Assembly: GCA_000091205.1 (NCBI GenBank)
Contig: AP006490.2
DNA from: Cyanidioschyzon merolae
Lineage: Eukaryota
DNA: 64,000 nucleotides
Direction: 5' to 3' (one strand)
Below are positions 44,496 to 56,019 of this stretch, piece after piece; the first letter of the stretch is position 1; every line of letters begins with the position of its first letter. Under the pieces are notes generated by a model. That model did not search any database and was not told the DNA's origin. It saw nothing but the letters and a program-made list of their open reading frames with translations. A program made the translations under genes and the position numbers.

Positions 44496-45482
44496 GTGGT
44501 CGTTTTTCTGCGGCAGTGAACACGTTGCCTAGTCTTCCGGAAAGTCTGAAGCCAACTGGAAAACGCTGCGTTGCTGCACTACTGCAGCGAGTCCTGTTTG
44601 AGAGCACGGGCCTGTGCTGGGTGTTGTTGTGGCTGCGCAAGGTGTCAGTGCCGGGTGTTGTTGTGTGATGCTTTCCGCGAAGAGGCGATGCAGAGCGCTG
44701 TAACTTGGGCTATTATGAGTCCAGAACCAGGGTCGTCACGCTAGAGCTTTCTTTGGAACAAGTCAGTTCCAAGATTGTACAGTATGATGTGCGGAACAGC
44801 GCTGCTGCGCGCGTTGTAACCTGTTCAACTTCTTTTCCAGAAACGCAGTGTTGAACGTGCGTGAAGAGTTTTGGGCTTCGATGAGCCTTGCTTGCGCTGC
44901 ACTAGTTCTGGTGCTACGATTGAAACCGGACCGGGTACAATACTCTATGCCAAAGGCGGCTCGGAACCGAGACTTGACCACAGCATAGCGAGCCCTCGAG
45001 GCCTTTTGCGGGTACGCGCTTGCCGCTTCTTGCGGACCGGGCCAACGCAACGCTTGCACGTGCAAACGTACCGTTGTGTTTCGTGACGTGACGTCGTCGC
45101 AGGAAAGAAACTCGAATCCCAGACTCGGGTGCGTACCGTTTCGGCGATATGGATACGAGGGCGTGTAGTCTTTCAACCCGAGTGCGATTCACCCCCAGGT
45201 GCATGATTTCAAATGCTTTTTCGCGGTTTATAGCAGATGCGTTCCAAGTGCGTGCATTTTGAAGAAATAATTATCTAATGAAAAGGCATGGAGATGGAAG
45301 GCGGGGGATCCTAGAGGGCCGGTGTCATCGGGGGCCGGAAAAGTAACGAAAAGAAATCCACTTCTCGCCGGCCAACGAGCGACAAAGAGCAAGGAATGAA
45401 GAAGAAGAAAGAGAAGCGGCGCGAGAGACGGGAATGTATTGGTACACAGGGCACGAGGTCCCGGCATCCTTGTAATGGTGCG

Positions 45483-45700
45483 TTCCATCAGCGGCAAGAA
45501 ACGGATGGAGTTCGTGAACCAAGACTTCAACGCAGTCATCAAAATCAGACGGTGTGCAGTGCTGAAGAGAAGAGACTCGAGGAACTGACGCAATCCAATT
45601 TTGCGGGGTTACCTTTCAGAGTCGAAGTGTACAACGAGAAACTCAAGCCGATAGCAGCCGGCCGGTCAAACAAGACTGGGAGGCGTCTGCGGGTGCGTAT
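45483..45700 (+). mobile_element. 3'-terminal fragment of Fanzor/TnpB-like element
   Basis: Encodes '...GKKRMEFVNQDFNAVIKIRRCAVL...RVEVYNEKLKPIAAGRSNKTGRRLRV' matching the C-terminus and downstream conserved region ('GCCGGTC.AAA..GGGAGGCGTCTGC') of copies A-D. Confidence 0.5.
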
Positions 45701-46327
45701 GTGTATATACCCTCCATGGTCGTGAAACGTTGTTCGTTTTAATGGTCACATATAGCATGCGACTCAACGGAATGCTGCGACGCAGAAACGACCTACCGAC
45801 CTCAGTATCCATCATGCGTACTCTGCAAGCGTGGTCGGAACAGGTTCGTGGCGGGCCAGTCATGGACCATTGCATACGCTGCCACGAAGCTGAACGGGAT
45901 ACTGGACCCTTGTCGATGTATTCGACGACGACGTACGACTTGAAACTGTGATGATATTTGGTTTTACAAATGCCGCTGGTACATCCATGCCTGCGCACTT
46001 GAGCTTGTCTCTGCAATGTTCCCCGAATACCATCGCGCGCTTTAGATCATCAATACCTGTATTGCCAGAGATAAGCATATCGTATAAATTCGGATCATGT
46101 CTTCACATGGTTTGCATTGATTTCGATATCAACAGCTCGCACAGCGTGCCCCAGGCTGAGGCGTCGAGCGTCGCCTCGAGGTCGCGAGACGCTGCCAAGA
46201 GGTGCCGATGTGCCTTTGCGCAGCGTCTTCGCAGCGGGCCCAGCGCGTACCATACGTAACCGGCAACGCTGCACATGAATCCATGCCCTGCCACAGACCG
46301 ATGAACACATGACCTGTTTAACGAATC

Positions 46328-47908
46328 TTAGCTGTTCGGCCAGGCAACTGGAATCCGCAGCCTCGCCAAAACCGCAGAATGATCCGAGAGCGAAAAGTCC
46401 TCTTCAGGAAAAATGCGGGTTCGTGCCGCCTCCGGCACCGTGTAGCGATAGATGCGCACCGCACCGTTTTCGTCGCCATGCGCTATAACGGGTCCCTGCC
46501 GCGGATCAAACAGCAAATAATCGATACACTTTCCGTCATCAGTGATGGGATGCATCCCGCTGTGGGCAAGGCTGACTAGGTCGACGACCTGGAGGGCAGC
46601 GCCTTGTCGCGGTGCGCTTCCAAAGCGCTGCATCAGCTCCCGATACCAACGACTTTCATGCGGATTCTCCGGCGAGATTCGGGCGTTGATGTTGAAATCG
46701 CCAGTGATGAGTACCGGCCCTGCGTCATCCGCGACCTTGCGTGCGATAAAGTCACGCATTTCCTCCGCTTGATGAAAGCGAATCTCGGCGTGGTAGGCCT
46801 CCGGTTCATAGCCCGGTCGATCACCTGCTTGCATGTGCGTGCTGAAGATATGCAAGTAGCGTGCATTGGTCTGGCTCTCGACCCGCTTCGCTTGAACTGT
46901 GCTTGAAGGAAACGCGGAGCGATTCCATTTGCGCGGGAAGTCGGCAGGCCAGTACACTGGCAACTCAATGCGCGCATAGAGCACGCCCTTACCAACCAGC
47001 GCGTCGATCGTGTGGTACACCACGTTTCGATAGTGAATATAGTCCCATGCAACGATCGGGAAACGGCTGAAGATGCTGACGCCTCCATCGACGAATTTCG
47101 GAGGTATGCCAAGGATCCGCTTTGGCAGATAGACATGGTGGCGCAGGCCGTATTCCTTGAGCGCCGCCTGCATGGCTGAACGGCGATTGCTGTAGGCATC
47201 AAAGAGCTCTTGGAAGCATATGATGTCGAAGGAGGCAAGCTCAGGGAGCAGAAGTTTGAGGCGCTCATCTTTCAAGTCGTCACCGCTGGAGCCGGACACA
47301 CCTGGCGGCCGTACGCATATATTGTATGAGAGGAGGCGTACCGGCAGGCCCCGGCTACATACGTCATCCAACGCCGGGTCGGCGAAGAGGCGCGCTCTGT
47401 GCTGCCGCGCCACAGCGATGTATTCGCGGGTCCGGCGTCGATAGCTGTTCACCAACGTTGCTGCACCGAGCAGGAGCAATGCAAGGCCGAACGCCAGGGC
47501 AACAATATTCACCTTGGTCCGGTGAGTCTGCAAAAACCCTCTGCCACCACCAGTATTCGACAGGAAAAAATACGCAGCACCAGAGTCGAGAAACGCTTCG
47601 CTCGAGTCGCTATTCGCACGTGCTCCGAAGTACACAAGACCCAGGCTTGCGGCAGGTAGAGTTAACATAAGAACAGGAAACAGCTTGCGCACACTGACGC
47701 CAAGAAGTGTGGCCTTTCGCACCTGCTGGAACGAGAAGAACAAGGCCAGCAGCAGCTCAGAGATAACGGTGACGCCAAGTGCGAGCCAACAACCTCTTTG
47801 TGTTATCCACTTTCTCCACCAGGTGCTCCAACGTTCCACAGCATGAGACACAGCCGATGCTAATCCAATGCATACCTGAGTTGCATATGTACTCGCATCT
47901 GATTCCAT
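46328..47908 (-). CDS. EEP-superfamily phosphodiesterase, neutral-sphingomyelinase-like, two N-terminal TM helices
   Basis: 'LLSYNICVRPPG...FDIICFQELF' and 'ITGDFNINAR' EEP catalytic motifs. Confidence 0.5.
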   Translation of the reverse strand: MESDASTYATQVCIGLASAVSHAVERWSTWWRKWITQRGCWLALGVTVISELLLALFFSFQQVRKATLLGVSVRKLFPVLMLTLPAASLGLVYFGARANSDSSEAFLDSGAAYFFLSNTGGGRGFLQTHRTKVNIVALAFGLALLLLGAATLVNSYRRRTREYIAVARQHRARLFADPALDDVCSRGLPVRLLSYNICVRPPGVSGSSGDDLKDERLKLLLPELASFDIICFQELFDAYSNRRSAMQAALKEYGLRHHVYLPKRILGIPPKFVDGGVSIFSRFPIVAWDYIHYRNVVYHTIDALVGKGVLYARIELPVYWPADFPRKWNRSAFPSSTVQAKRVESQTNARYLHIFSTHMQAGDRPGYEPEAYHAEIRFHQAEEMRDFIARKVADDAGPVLITGDFNINARISPENPHESRWYRELMQRFGSAPRQGAALQVVDLVSLAHSGMHPITDDGKCIDYLLFDPRQGPVIAHGDENGAVRIYRYTVPEAARTRIFPEEDFSLSDHSAVLARLRIPVAWPNS

Positions 47909-48078
47909 CAGTTCTAGTTGGCTACAAAGGATATTACGGCTTAACGGAATCCATGGTTAACGCGGCTATCATGGTGTTCCGGAAGGTCGGCTCCGATCCA
48001 GAGCCGCAACCCGCGATCTGGACGGCGCGATTTGATCCGTTTTGTTCGCCGATCGTTGCGCGATCGTCAACGGTATCT

Positions 48079-48856
48079 GCACGCGTTTCAGATGCCGCGG
48101 GAATACCAGACCGCTGGCTCTATTCCGGCTTTGCGATCTTTTCGGAGCCTGTTCAGACTTATTGTCTCTATTTTCAAATTTAAGCGATAAGGGCTTACGG
48201 ATTCAGATGCAGTTCTAGGATGCTGTGTCGTCGTTTCGGAGACGTTCGTTCGAGTCTCTCTGCCACTGCAACTCGTTACGTCAGTGGAATCAAGATGCTA
48301 CGCGGCATTCCGGAATGTGCGTTCGTAAAATAACCGACAGCATGATGCCGTGCATGTGAGCAAGCTTCCGTGCTTCTTGTTGCTCCATGAAACACCGCCA
48401 TGAACTCGTTCACATGGGTCATCGCAGCGATAACTTCCAGCAGGGCGTGCGTCGACGTTTTGCATGAAGCGACCAGAGACGCATCGAAGTTTCGTGACGT
48501 GGTATCCAGCGTGGATTCCCATTCCTCTACCAGTTCTATCATGGGCAACGTCGAGTTTCACAAATCCTCGGTCGAATTGAATGGAGCGTGCTTGCGCGTG
48601 CAGCTGGCACAGTGCTCGCCGAACAGATCGCCCAGAGGCGTCCCGTGATCACGGGGTACTCCAGCGGGCGCGGCAACGGAGCGGGGGCATCCACGGAATC
48701 CTTCCGTGCCCGTCGAGGGCATGGATCGACTGTTAGCACAGGCGTTCATGTGTCACAGGGCGGTGTTCAGAAGAGGAGATGCGGCGAACGCGTGATGACA
48801 CCAGACCCCAGTCAAGCGCTGCGGATGCATATGGCGCACTGAGGCCGTCTACAACG
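48079..48856 (+). repeat. about 790-bp dispersed repeat R1, copy 2
   Basis: see 31449-32236. Confidence 0.8.
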
Positions 48857-49842
48857 GAGATGAATACAGCAGGCGTGGCGTGGATCGCAACTTGCTGCTT
48901 TGCACGAAATGCGTGAAAAATCACCCAAAGCAGCGGAATCGGGATTTGGACCATGCCATCGACACGCTGCGACTGTTGACATCGGAGCTGGAGGGTGGGG
49001 AGAGATCGGTGTATTTAAAGGCAGGGGAAAAGAGAAACAGAAAACAGGGGTCTCAGAACAGGCGCACAAAGGCTGATATTGATGGCCTCGCGAAGACGAG
49101 ACACAACCTTAGTCGTACACAACCGAGTCAGAGGGTACGACCCTTTCTATTTCATCCTGCTATGTACATAGAACAGTGTCGATTCTTCAGCACCAGACCT
49201 GAATAGATTCGATTTAGCGTTGAGCGCGTCTAGTGACGGGCAACGCCTACCGTCCACGACACCAAGATTGCGTTTTACGATCTGGGACAGAGGTCCTGCG
49301 GACTAGACACGTCCGCAGGGCTCGTGCTGTGTGCGCCACCACGGCAGCGACTGCAGAGGCGGTGCAGGCGCAGTCCCAATGCAGCGCATCTCAGTCAGGC
49401 TGACCCCGCTGGAACGAGGGAGAGTGGCGTCTCCATCGTCGCCGGGATTTCTCCAGCATACCGCTCCGTGCAGCCAGCACGAGATCTGCATGCACCAACG
49501 GTTTGGTCCTAGGAAGAAGTCGAATTCTGCCCTTGAATGGTATCACTCACTCCAGAATCCGAAGGCTGCGATGTTTCGCAAAGCCGCAGTATCACCAGGG
49601 TATGACCGCGACGACGCGTAGCGTAGCGCAGCGAGCGCGCACGGCAGGCTCCTGTTCAAGGAGGCTGCAGGGTCCAGCGTACATATTCTCCTCAGAAACA
49701 CTGCTCTACGGTTGAAGTAAGCAGAAACGTATTTGCAGCGATAAAATCTCTTCCAAATTCACCAGCAGCGTCTACGTACCTCAAAGAATCCGGTTCAAAA
49801 TATCCATCTCATTGCTTGATAACATTCAAACGAAACTTTTTG

Positions 49843-52152
49843 ATGCTCTTTGCACATGAGGCAACCTGTCGAAGCGCGTCGCAGATGCACACAGCCGGAT
49901 CGACATATTACCGGAAGCGCTATTCCGCTTCGTGGCGCGAGAACAGAGCGGCTGGTTTGTGGACGTGGCTGCGGATGTCGGTGGACCCCCAGACGCGAGT
50001 TTTGGTCGATGAGCTTCATAGACTGGGATTTGTTGTAGAACCAGCTGCTGTTTACTTGCTGCAGGAACGATTTTGCTCTGATCTTGAGCTTAGTCTTCTG
50101 GATGAAGAGGAACGAGTCGCGGCACTAGCAAGCCTTGTGCAGCGCTTGCGGGAAACTGCACTCGAGCAGGGAACGCGAACAATATCCACGGAGGCAGTGG
50201 AGCGAACACTGAAACTGGGTTCAGGCGGCAGTTTCGGAACGGATCGGAGTGGGACTGGCGCTGGCATAACGAAACACGGGCGCGTGAACGTGGCGAACGG
50301 GTGGAAGCTCCATGTTACCCGAGAGTTGAAGGAAACAGACTTGCTGCAACTGCCGCCCATAGCCAAACGCAGGGAAGCGCTAGCGTTTCGATATCAGACG
50401 CTTTACAAAGATCTTGAGCGTTGTTTGCAGATATCTGCTCTACGTAGGGAAGGTACAACACAGGAGAGTCCCTGGCCAAGGCAAGTCGTTCCTGTTGGCG
50501 TTTTGCGATCTGCCCGTGCGAGCGAAAACCGCCTGCAGATCGTGATGGGCATGCTCAGTGCTCAGGGTGTGGATGAGTGGTTGCTCGAAGATCCGACTGG
50601 ATCGATCGCTCTTCGGCTACATGGAGAACGTTCTGCTGTGGACGATTACCGGCTCTGTGGCACGAAATCGTGCTCGCTCGTGTGCGCAGGATGTATGCTC
50701 GTTGTAATTGGCGTTTACGACCCGATAGGAGATGCGATTGTCGTGCGCGAGCTTCGACAACCTCCGCTTTGTCCTGACTGGAGCATGAAGTTGCTGCCGC
50801 TGGAAGAGACTCCGGAATCATCAGCACCGCTGAGCCATGCGGGCGACCTGAGATTCACTGGGACCACAACTCTGGATGCTTCGCTGGACGCGCACGCCAG
50901 CGATTGCTCGGTCAGGTTGCCTCACCCAGAGTCACCGCAGGTAATGGATGCTTCTCGCGGGAATCTATTGGCCGCGAAGGATTTTCCTGAGGTACATGGC
51001 GACGTATCCGTGGCGCAGGAATTACAAGGCAATGTATCTCTTCCTCGAGCGGATCCTGAGAGCGAGGTCGAATCCCTGGACGACCCGGACGGCGAACTGC
51101 ATATTCTGTTTGCGGCCGATTTGGCCCTTGATGACAGCACCTCGTACGCAAAGTGGCGAAAGCTGCTCAGGGAACTCTACCTACCGAACGAAGCCTCAAC
51201 GATGCAGGGGACGAGCACACTGCCTCCGACCGATGAAGCGGCCGAACACCCTTCCAGGCCAGAGGCCTCCTTGCCTCACTGCATTTTTGTCCTTTGCGGG
51301 CCATTCCTAGGTTCAAAATGCATGTCGTGGCCGCCAGTCACGGAGCCTGCCCATGAAGATGCACCAACGGCTGGTGCTGTGCAAGGCGAGTCCTCGCTCA
51401 CGCCGAACGAGCAAGCGTTGCTTCTGGCTTTGCGACGTTTTGGGAAGATGCTGGCAGCGTTCCGAGCCCCATTGCGGTCGTCTGGCTCTGAGTTCATTCT
51501 GATCCCAGCGGAGCGGGATATGGATTGCTTTGGTGAGGTGTTGCCGCGGCCGCCTCTGTCGAACCTCTTTGTGGAAACGTTGAGAGTGCATAGTGGACTC
51601 CGAACTGAGCAGATCCGCACGCTCTCGGATCCAGCACGATTCGATGTGCTGCGGGGAGAGCGCTGCCGCTACAGCGTCCTCGTCCACGCAACGGAACGCC
51701 TGTGTGAACGTCTAGCTGCAGAAGCACTTCCATGGCCAGCGGAACGTGAGCAGCGCAACTACGCTGCGGATATGCAGCAGTTCGCTTCCAATGTTTTCCG
51801 CACGATTCTTCACCAGCGTCATGTCGCCCCGTTGCCTGTATACAAGCAGCCTATATTTTGGACGTTTGACCGGCAATATTTATGGACGCTCACAGACCCT
51901 AACCGTTTTGTTGATTTTCTCGTGCTCGCCGACAATACGCTTCCGTTGTGCATGGAGACATATGCAGTTGGCGGCTTCGCATCTCTCGCGGGCGGTCTCG
52001 AACCCAGCATGGTTCTCTGCATTGCCCCGGGAAGCTTTTCACGTGATGGAACTGCAGTATGGATTCGGCTTACTGGTCAGGCGCAGCAGCGTATTCAGCC
52101 ACGATCGCTGCATCTCGTTGCAGGGCAACAAGCAGAGCCGAGCGACCTGTAG
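49843..52152 (+). CDS. hypothetical large protein (no recognised domain)
   Basis: Long uninterrupted ORF; track start 49816 is TTG; first ATG 49843, true start may be later (MSVDPQT). Confidence 0.3.
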   Translation: MLFAHEATCRSASQMHTAGSTYYRKRYSASWRENRAAGLWTWLRMSVDPQTRVLVDELHRLGFVVEPAAVYLLQERFCSDLELSLLDEEERVAALASLVQRLRETALEQGTRTISTEAVERTLKLGSGGSFGTDRSGTGAGITKHGRVNVANGWKLHVTRELKETDLLQLPPIAKRREALAFRYQTLYKDLERCLQISALRREGTTQESPWPRQVVPVGVLRSARASENRLQIVMGMLSAQGVDEWLLEDPTGSIALRLHGERSAVDDYRLCGTKSCSLVCAGCMLVVIGVYDPIGDAIVVRELRQPPLCPDWSMKLLPLEETPESSAPLSHAGDLRFTGTTTLDASLDAHASDCSVRLPHPESPQVMDASRGNLLAAKDFPEVHGDVSVAQELQGNVSLPRADPESEVESLDDPDGELHILFAADLALDDSTSYAKWRKLLRELYLPNEASTMQGTSTLPPTDEAAEHPSRPEASLPHCIFVLCGPFLGSKCMSWPPVTEPAHEDAPTAGAVQGESSLTPNEQALLLALRRFGKMLAAFRAPLRSSGSEFILIPAERDMDCFGEVLPRPPLSNLFVETLRVHSGLRTEQIRTLSDPARFDVLRGERCRYSVLVHATERLCERLAAEALPWPAEREQRNYAADMQQFASNVFRTILHQRHVAPLPVYKQPIFWTFDRQYLWTLTDPNRFVDFLVLADNTLPLCMETYAVGGFASLAGGLEPSMVLCIAPGSFSRDGTAVWIRLTGQAQQRIQPRSLHLVAGQQAEPSDL

Positions 52153-52810
52153 GACGTTCCCGGCAAACGGTCCTGAACTGCAAGATGCAACGCATCAACG
52201 ACGAGGCGGCGTTGAGCGCGCCAGCTCGGTTGGCGGAATAATCTGTCAAAGAGAGGTTGCTGCACTGGTCGGGCGCATGCATTTGCGCGATGATCTCTGA
52301 TGATAAACATTTTGTTCGGCGAAGCGTACGGAATACAAGTTTCCTGACGATGATTAGGGGAGCGAAAATTTCGCTACTGCATGGTTCATACAGCTGAGAC
52401 CCAGCATGGTCACCATTCAATACTTGTTTGCAGCATACCCATGTTGATCGTGGCATGCAGCAGGCTTTCATTACCGAAGCTGACTTTTCAACATACGAGT
52501 AGCCGCCCAAAAGTGACAGGTAGTCCCAGCAGCACGATGCTACGGAGCTCGTTGAGGATGCACTGCGAGCAAACCGCCCAGCAGCGCTCTTTTGCACGTA
52601 CCGTAACTTGCAGGCGTATGCGATGACCAAAGTGATTTGGATGGCGTGCGTTGTTGCCTGACAAGAAGCTCGACTGTTCACGGAGGCGTCGCAGACCCGT
52701 CGTCGTTCACAAGATGTATGCACACGTACGAGCACAGTGTCCATCGCTATTCGATTTCTACGCATGCTGCTGAACAGGAATGCATGCATCCGAGCACACG
52801 CATCGATTCG

Positions 52811-52882
<72 letters not shown>
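52811..52882. repeat. (TGCG)18 microsatellite
   Basis: Perfect tetranucleotide run in intergenic DNA. Confidence 0.95.
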
Positions 52883-52883
<1 letters not shown>

Positions 52884-53335
52884 GGTTTCAAGCAGACTGC
52901 GACTTTTGCACGAACGACGAGTGAAGGTCGTTGTCGCATATGCTGTAAGCGTGTCTGCACGGTTCGGGAGTGGAATGCTGACAGACGCAGATTTATTGCG
53001 CTTAACGTTGCGGTTAGGTTTCTTCGTCTGGATCTGCGTCGTTCTTTACGTTTTTCTCGCGGTACCTCTTCCGTCAAAGCAAACAAGCGAGGCCAAGGGT
53101 CGTGCAGTGACTCTCGCAAGTGCGGCAGGCCCAGCGAGCTCGCGAGACAAGTCTGGGCGGCGCTGACGCTCCTGTTCTAGGTGAACGGTTACAGCATACT
53201 GAGCTAACGCTTGCTCTTTGATATACTAGGACGGATCAGTACTGTGTCCGAGGCGGTGCGGAGATAGGTCGACGAGTATCTGCAGACTCGCGTATCCACC
53301 GGAATACTCCTGAGACGGCCACAAAATATTTCGTC

Positions 53336-54004
53336 ATGGTCTATCTGCGTTCGTTGAAAGTCCCAAGAGGATACGCGGCGGCCTTTATGGTGGCTGGACC
53401 ATACGCAAGGTCGGGTTGCTGCTCCCGTGGGGCGTGCGTGCATCGTCGAACAACCGTACGAGGGTGCGAGACCAGTAGCGCGCCGCTGGCGCCTCGCGTT
53501 GCTGTATCCTCTGTGGTCTGGCAGCTGCCGGAGGCGGCCGCGCAGGCGTTTCAGGAGCGCAACTGGCAGGACTGTGCTTCTATTCTCGTGGAGACTCCCG
53601 TTCAGACTGCACAGTGCTTGTTAGTACAGCGCACGAAAGAGCCGGCAGCGAACCTTTGGTCTTTTCCCGGTGGCAGTTTGCACTTCGGCGAGTCAGTGCT
53701 CGACGGCATAGCTCGTGAGCTCTTTGAAGAGACTGGCCTCGCCCGGTCTGACGTCATGCTTGGATCAGAATACGAGGTGTATGAGTACATTGCACGTGAA
53801 TGGCACTACATTATCTTGACTGCAGTTGGGCTGGCGCGCCACGGTGTAGAGCCTGTTGCCGGTGATGATGCTCGCCGAGCTTGCTGGGTGCCGCTTCGTG
53901 ATCTGATGAATCCGAACTTTCCGAGTACAACACGCTGTCTGGAAACAGCGAGGAAGCTTTGGGACCGACTAAGAGTACATTCTACTTCAGCCCGACATAG
54001 TTAA
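53336..54004 (+). CDS. Nudix hydrolase with N-terminal presequence
   Basis: Nudix box 'GGSLHFGESVLDGIARELFEETGLA'; ATG at 53336. Confidence 0.7.
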   Translation: MVYLRSLKVPRGYAAAFMVAGPYARSGCCSRGACVHRRTTVRGCETSSAPLAPRVAVSSVVWQLPEAAAQAFQERNWQDCASILVETPVQTAQCLLVQRTKEPAANLWSFPGGSLHFGESVLDGIARELFEETGLARSDVMLGSEYEVYEYIAREWHYIILTAVGLARHGVEPVAGDDARRACWVPLRDLMNPNFPSTTRCLETARKLWDRLRVHSTSARHS

Positions 54005-54686
54005 TTGGGGGAAGGTGCGTGGGATCGTCGAGACGTTTCGCTGGAAAGCGCCCATTTGGTCTGTATGAGGCGTTTGCGCACTGCTCGTCCGCCCATAACT
54101 CCGCCATGGCTTTCTCCAGTGAATCCTTTGACGCCAGCCTCCAAGCGCGGCCAAGTTAGAACGGGATAGCCTCCTGGTCCAATGGACAGGATTATCGCGG
54201 GACAATGCTCGACTGTCTCCGTGTTGTTCGTTTGCAGGAATGTAGGTGATCGAGGCAGACACCCAGTTGTGCTCGCTCTATTGGAAACAGAGGTTTCGAT
54301 TACGTGCTCGGTTTCGCTCTGTCCAGAGCTGCGAAAGATCCACGACGGCCGCGGCTGCTATGGTGCGTACAGTGTCTGCGATCGTCAGAATACGTAAAAA
54401 TCAGGGTGCGGAAAGATTGCTGGAAACGTTTTCTGGCGTCATAGCGCCTATGAGACCCCTTTTCCCTGGGAGTCGAGCGACAAGCGGTGGCGCGTTCCCT
54501 TGGCTGTCTATCGGACAAGGAAGATAGGTTGAAAGCAAGTCTCGAGCATGACGGTAAAGGGGACGTATATGTTCAAGTGCTCAAGAGCTTTCTCGGCTGT
54601 AAGGCTATAGCACTATTGCCACGTGCACGGTGGACTTTTAGCGGGTAGTGAAAGTAGGTGAAGCGACTTGGCTTCTGACAAAAGGT

Positions 54687-54821
54687 TGCCATCGCGCGGG
54701 ATCGAACCGCGGACCTTTGCATCGCTCGACCGATTGCTGACGATCGTTGCGAGTGCCTTCAGTGCAACGCTTTCGGGCGAGCATCGAATGATGACTCCTC
54801 TCCCTGCTGAGCTACAATGGC
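54687..54821 (-). tRNA. tRNA-Phe(GAA) gene interrupted by two introns (28 nt in D-arm near pos 24/25, plus coordinates 54770-54797; 34 nt at canonical 37/38, plus 54723-54756)
   Basis: Spliced product is 73 nt: GCCATTG-TA-GCTCAGCAGGGAGAGC-G-TTGCA-CTGAAGA-TGCAA-AGGTC-CGCGG-TTCGATC-CCGCG-CGATGGC-A; close to eukaryotic tRNA-Phe; A box TAGCTCAGCAGGG, B box GGTTCGATCC, downstream TTTT. Confidence 0.75.
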
Positions 54822-55353
54822 AACATTCATGTGATATCGATTGCATAAATTGGATATAAAGGCTTGTTGGCGTCCGCTCCCACGCGCAGTTGGACAATCA
54901 TGACTTTAGCGTATATTTATGTATTAAACGGACACACTTCTCTGCATTCCGTTTTGCGGCTCTCCGCATGGGTGTCGATCACGGCTAGGCGAGCCCATTC
55001 CGAGCAACTAGGCGTCAATCGCTGGCGCTGCGACCCACGGACTGATAGGACGCGCTTTAGACAGAATGGCCCATTGTCTTGCTCCTAGCGCGCTGCGTGC
55101 CGCGTCTCCATACGCGTCGGACTCGTCGCGGCAACGTTGCGAAGACCCGTCGCCTCCGCGGCTGTTCGTTTTGTACACGGCAGAGCGGCGACTCGGTCCT
55201 GGACCATGCGCGTGATGCCTGTCGTCGCCCCGCAAAACGGCTGTCTCTCTAAGCGCTACACGTTTGCGCATTGTTTGCGTGTCGGCATGACGCGCAACTG
55301 GCAGAACAGCGCCGTATAGCACTCGCACAGACGCGAGCGTGGACAGAAAAGCA

Positions 55354-55422
55354 GGTACAGGCATAGGTACAGGCATAGGTACAGGCATAGGTACAGGCAT
55401 AGGTACAGGCATAGGTACAGGT
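55354..55422. repeat. 12-bp tandem repeat (GGTACAGGCATA) x about 5.7
   Basis: Direct observation; right palindrome arm has only about 1.5 units (59098-59122, inverted). Confidence 0.9.
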
Positions 55423-55620
55423 GTGGGCTCCAGGTCGGCCCCGGAGAAGGAAGCGTGTGCAAGTACCATGGCGGCTAAAAATCGTTCGCAAAATATCACT
55501 TTATAGGCATCGAGGCTACGCATCAACGCACGGACGATCACTCACTCGCTTTCCATAGGTCGTATCCTTCCTCCATTGCATCCGGTCTTCCTTACATCAA
55601 GGCTTTCACCGCTCTCCGCT

Positions 55621-55914
55621 TTAGTTCCCCTGGAACTTTTCCTTGGTGGCATCTGCTGCGTGCTCTATTCCTTTCTTCGCAGACTGACCGGTTTCCTTCA
55701 GGTGATCCACTGCATCACCCGCCTTGTCTTGAGCTTTCTCCTGTGCGGACTTTTGCCCGGTGAGATCACGGAACTTGTCAGAGATCGTCTCCTTCGCCGA
55801 TGAAAACGCACCAGTGACAGACTCTTTCGCAGAATCCAAAGCGCCACCCGCTTTCTTCTCCGTATCTTTGAGAGCCGACTGTGCTGAGCTTGTATCTTGA
55901 GCTCCGGAAGACAT
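55621..55914 (-). CDS. small hydrophilic LEA/CsbD-like protein (97 aa)
   Basis: 'MSSGAQDTSSAQSALKDTEKKAGGALDSAKESVTGAFSSAKETISDKFRDLTGQKSAQEKAQDKAGDAVDHLKETGQSAKKGIEHAADATKEKFQGN'; paralog at 58606-58899. Confidence 0.5.
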   Translation of the reverse strand: MSSGAQDTSSAQSALKDTEKKAGGALDSAKESVTGAFSSAKETISDKFRDLTGQKSAQEKAQDKAGDAVDHLKETGQSAKKGIEHAADATKEKFQGN

Positions 55915-56019
55915 ATCACAATTTATAATGCTTTCGTAAACTCGAAAAATGCATATGCAAATGAGGTACCACGGCGCGCGCGGTGGCCGCACAGCCACAA
56001 ACACAGGAGATTTTACCGC

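Noticed and set aside
52070-53119. 349-aa minus-strand ORF with 'THARTHAR...' repeats
   Set aside because: Reading frame through the (TGCG)18 microsatellite and intergenic DNA; artefact.
54687-54821. Alternative readings of the 135-nt Pol III-type locus as tRNA-Sec, a tRNA-derived SINE or an SRP-RNA fragment
   Set aside because: A 7/5 acceptor/T-stem geometry and exact tRNA-Phe identity elements after removing two inserts explain all 135 nt; no long variable arm.
55354-55422. Possible CRISPR-like array (12-bp repeats; 69-bp repeats in nuclease ORF)
   Set aside because: Perfect tandem repeats without unique spacers; eukaryotic context; these are micro/minisatellites.
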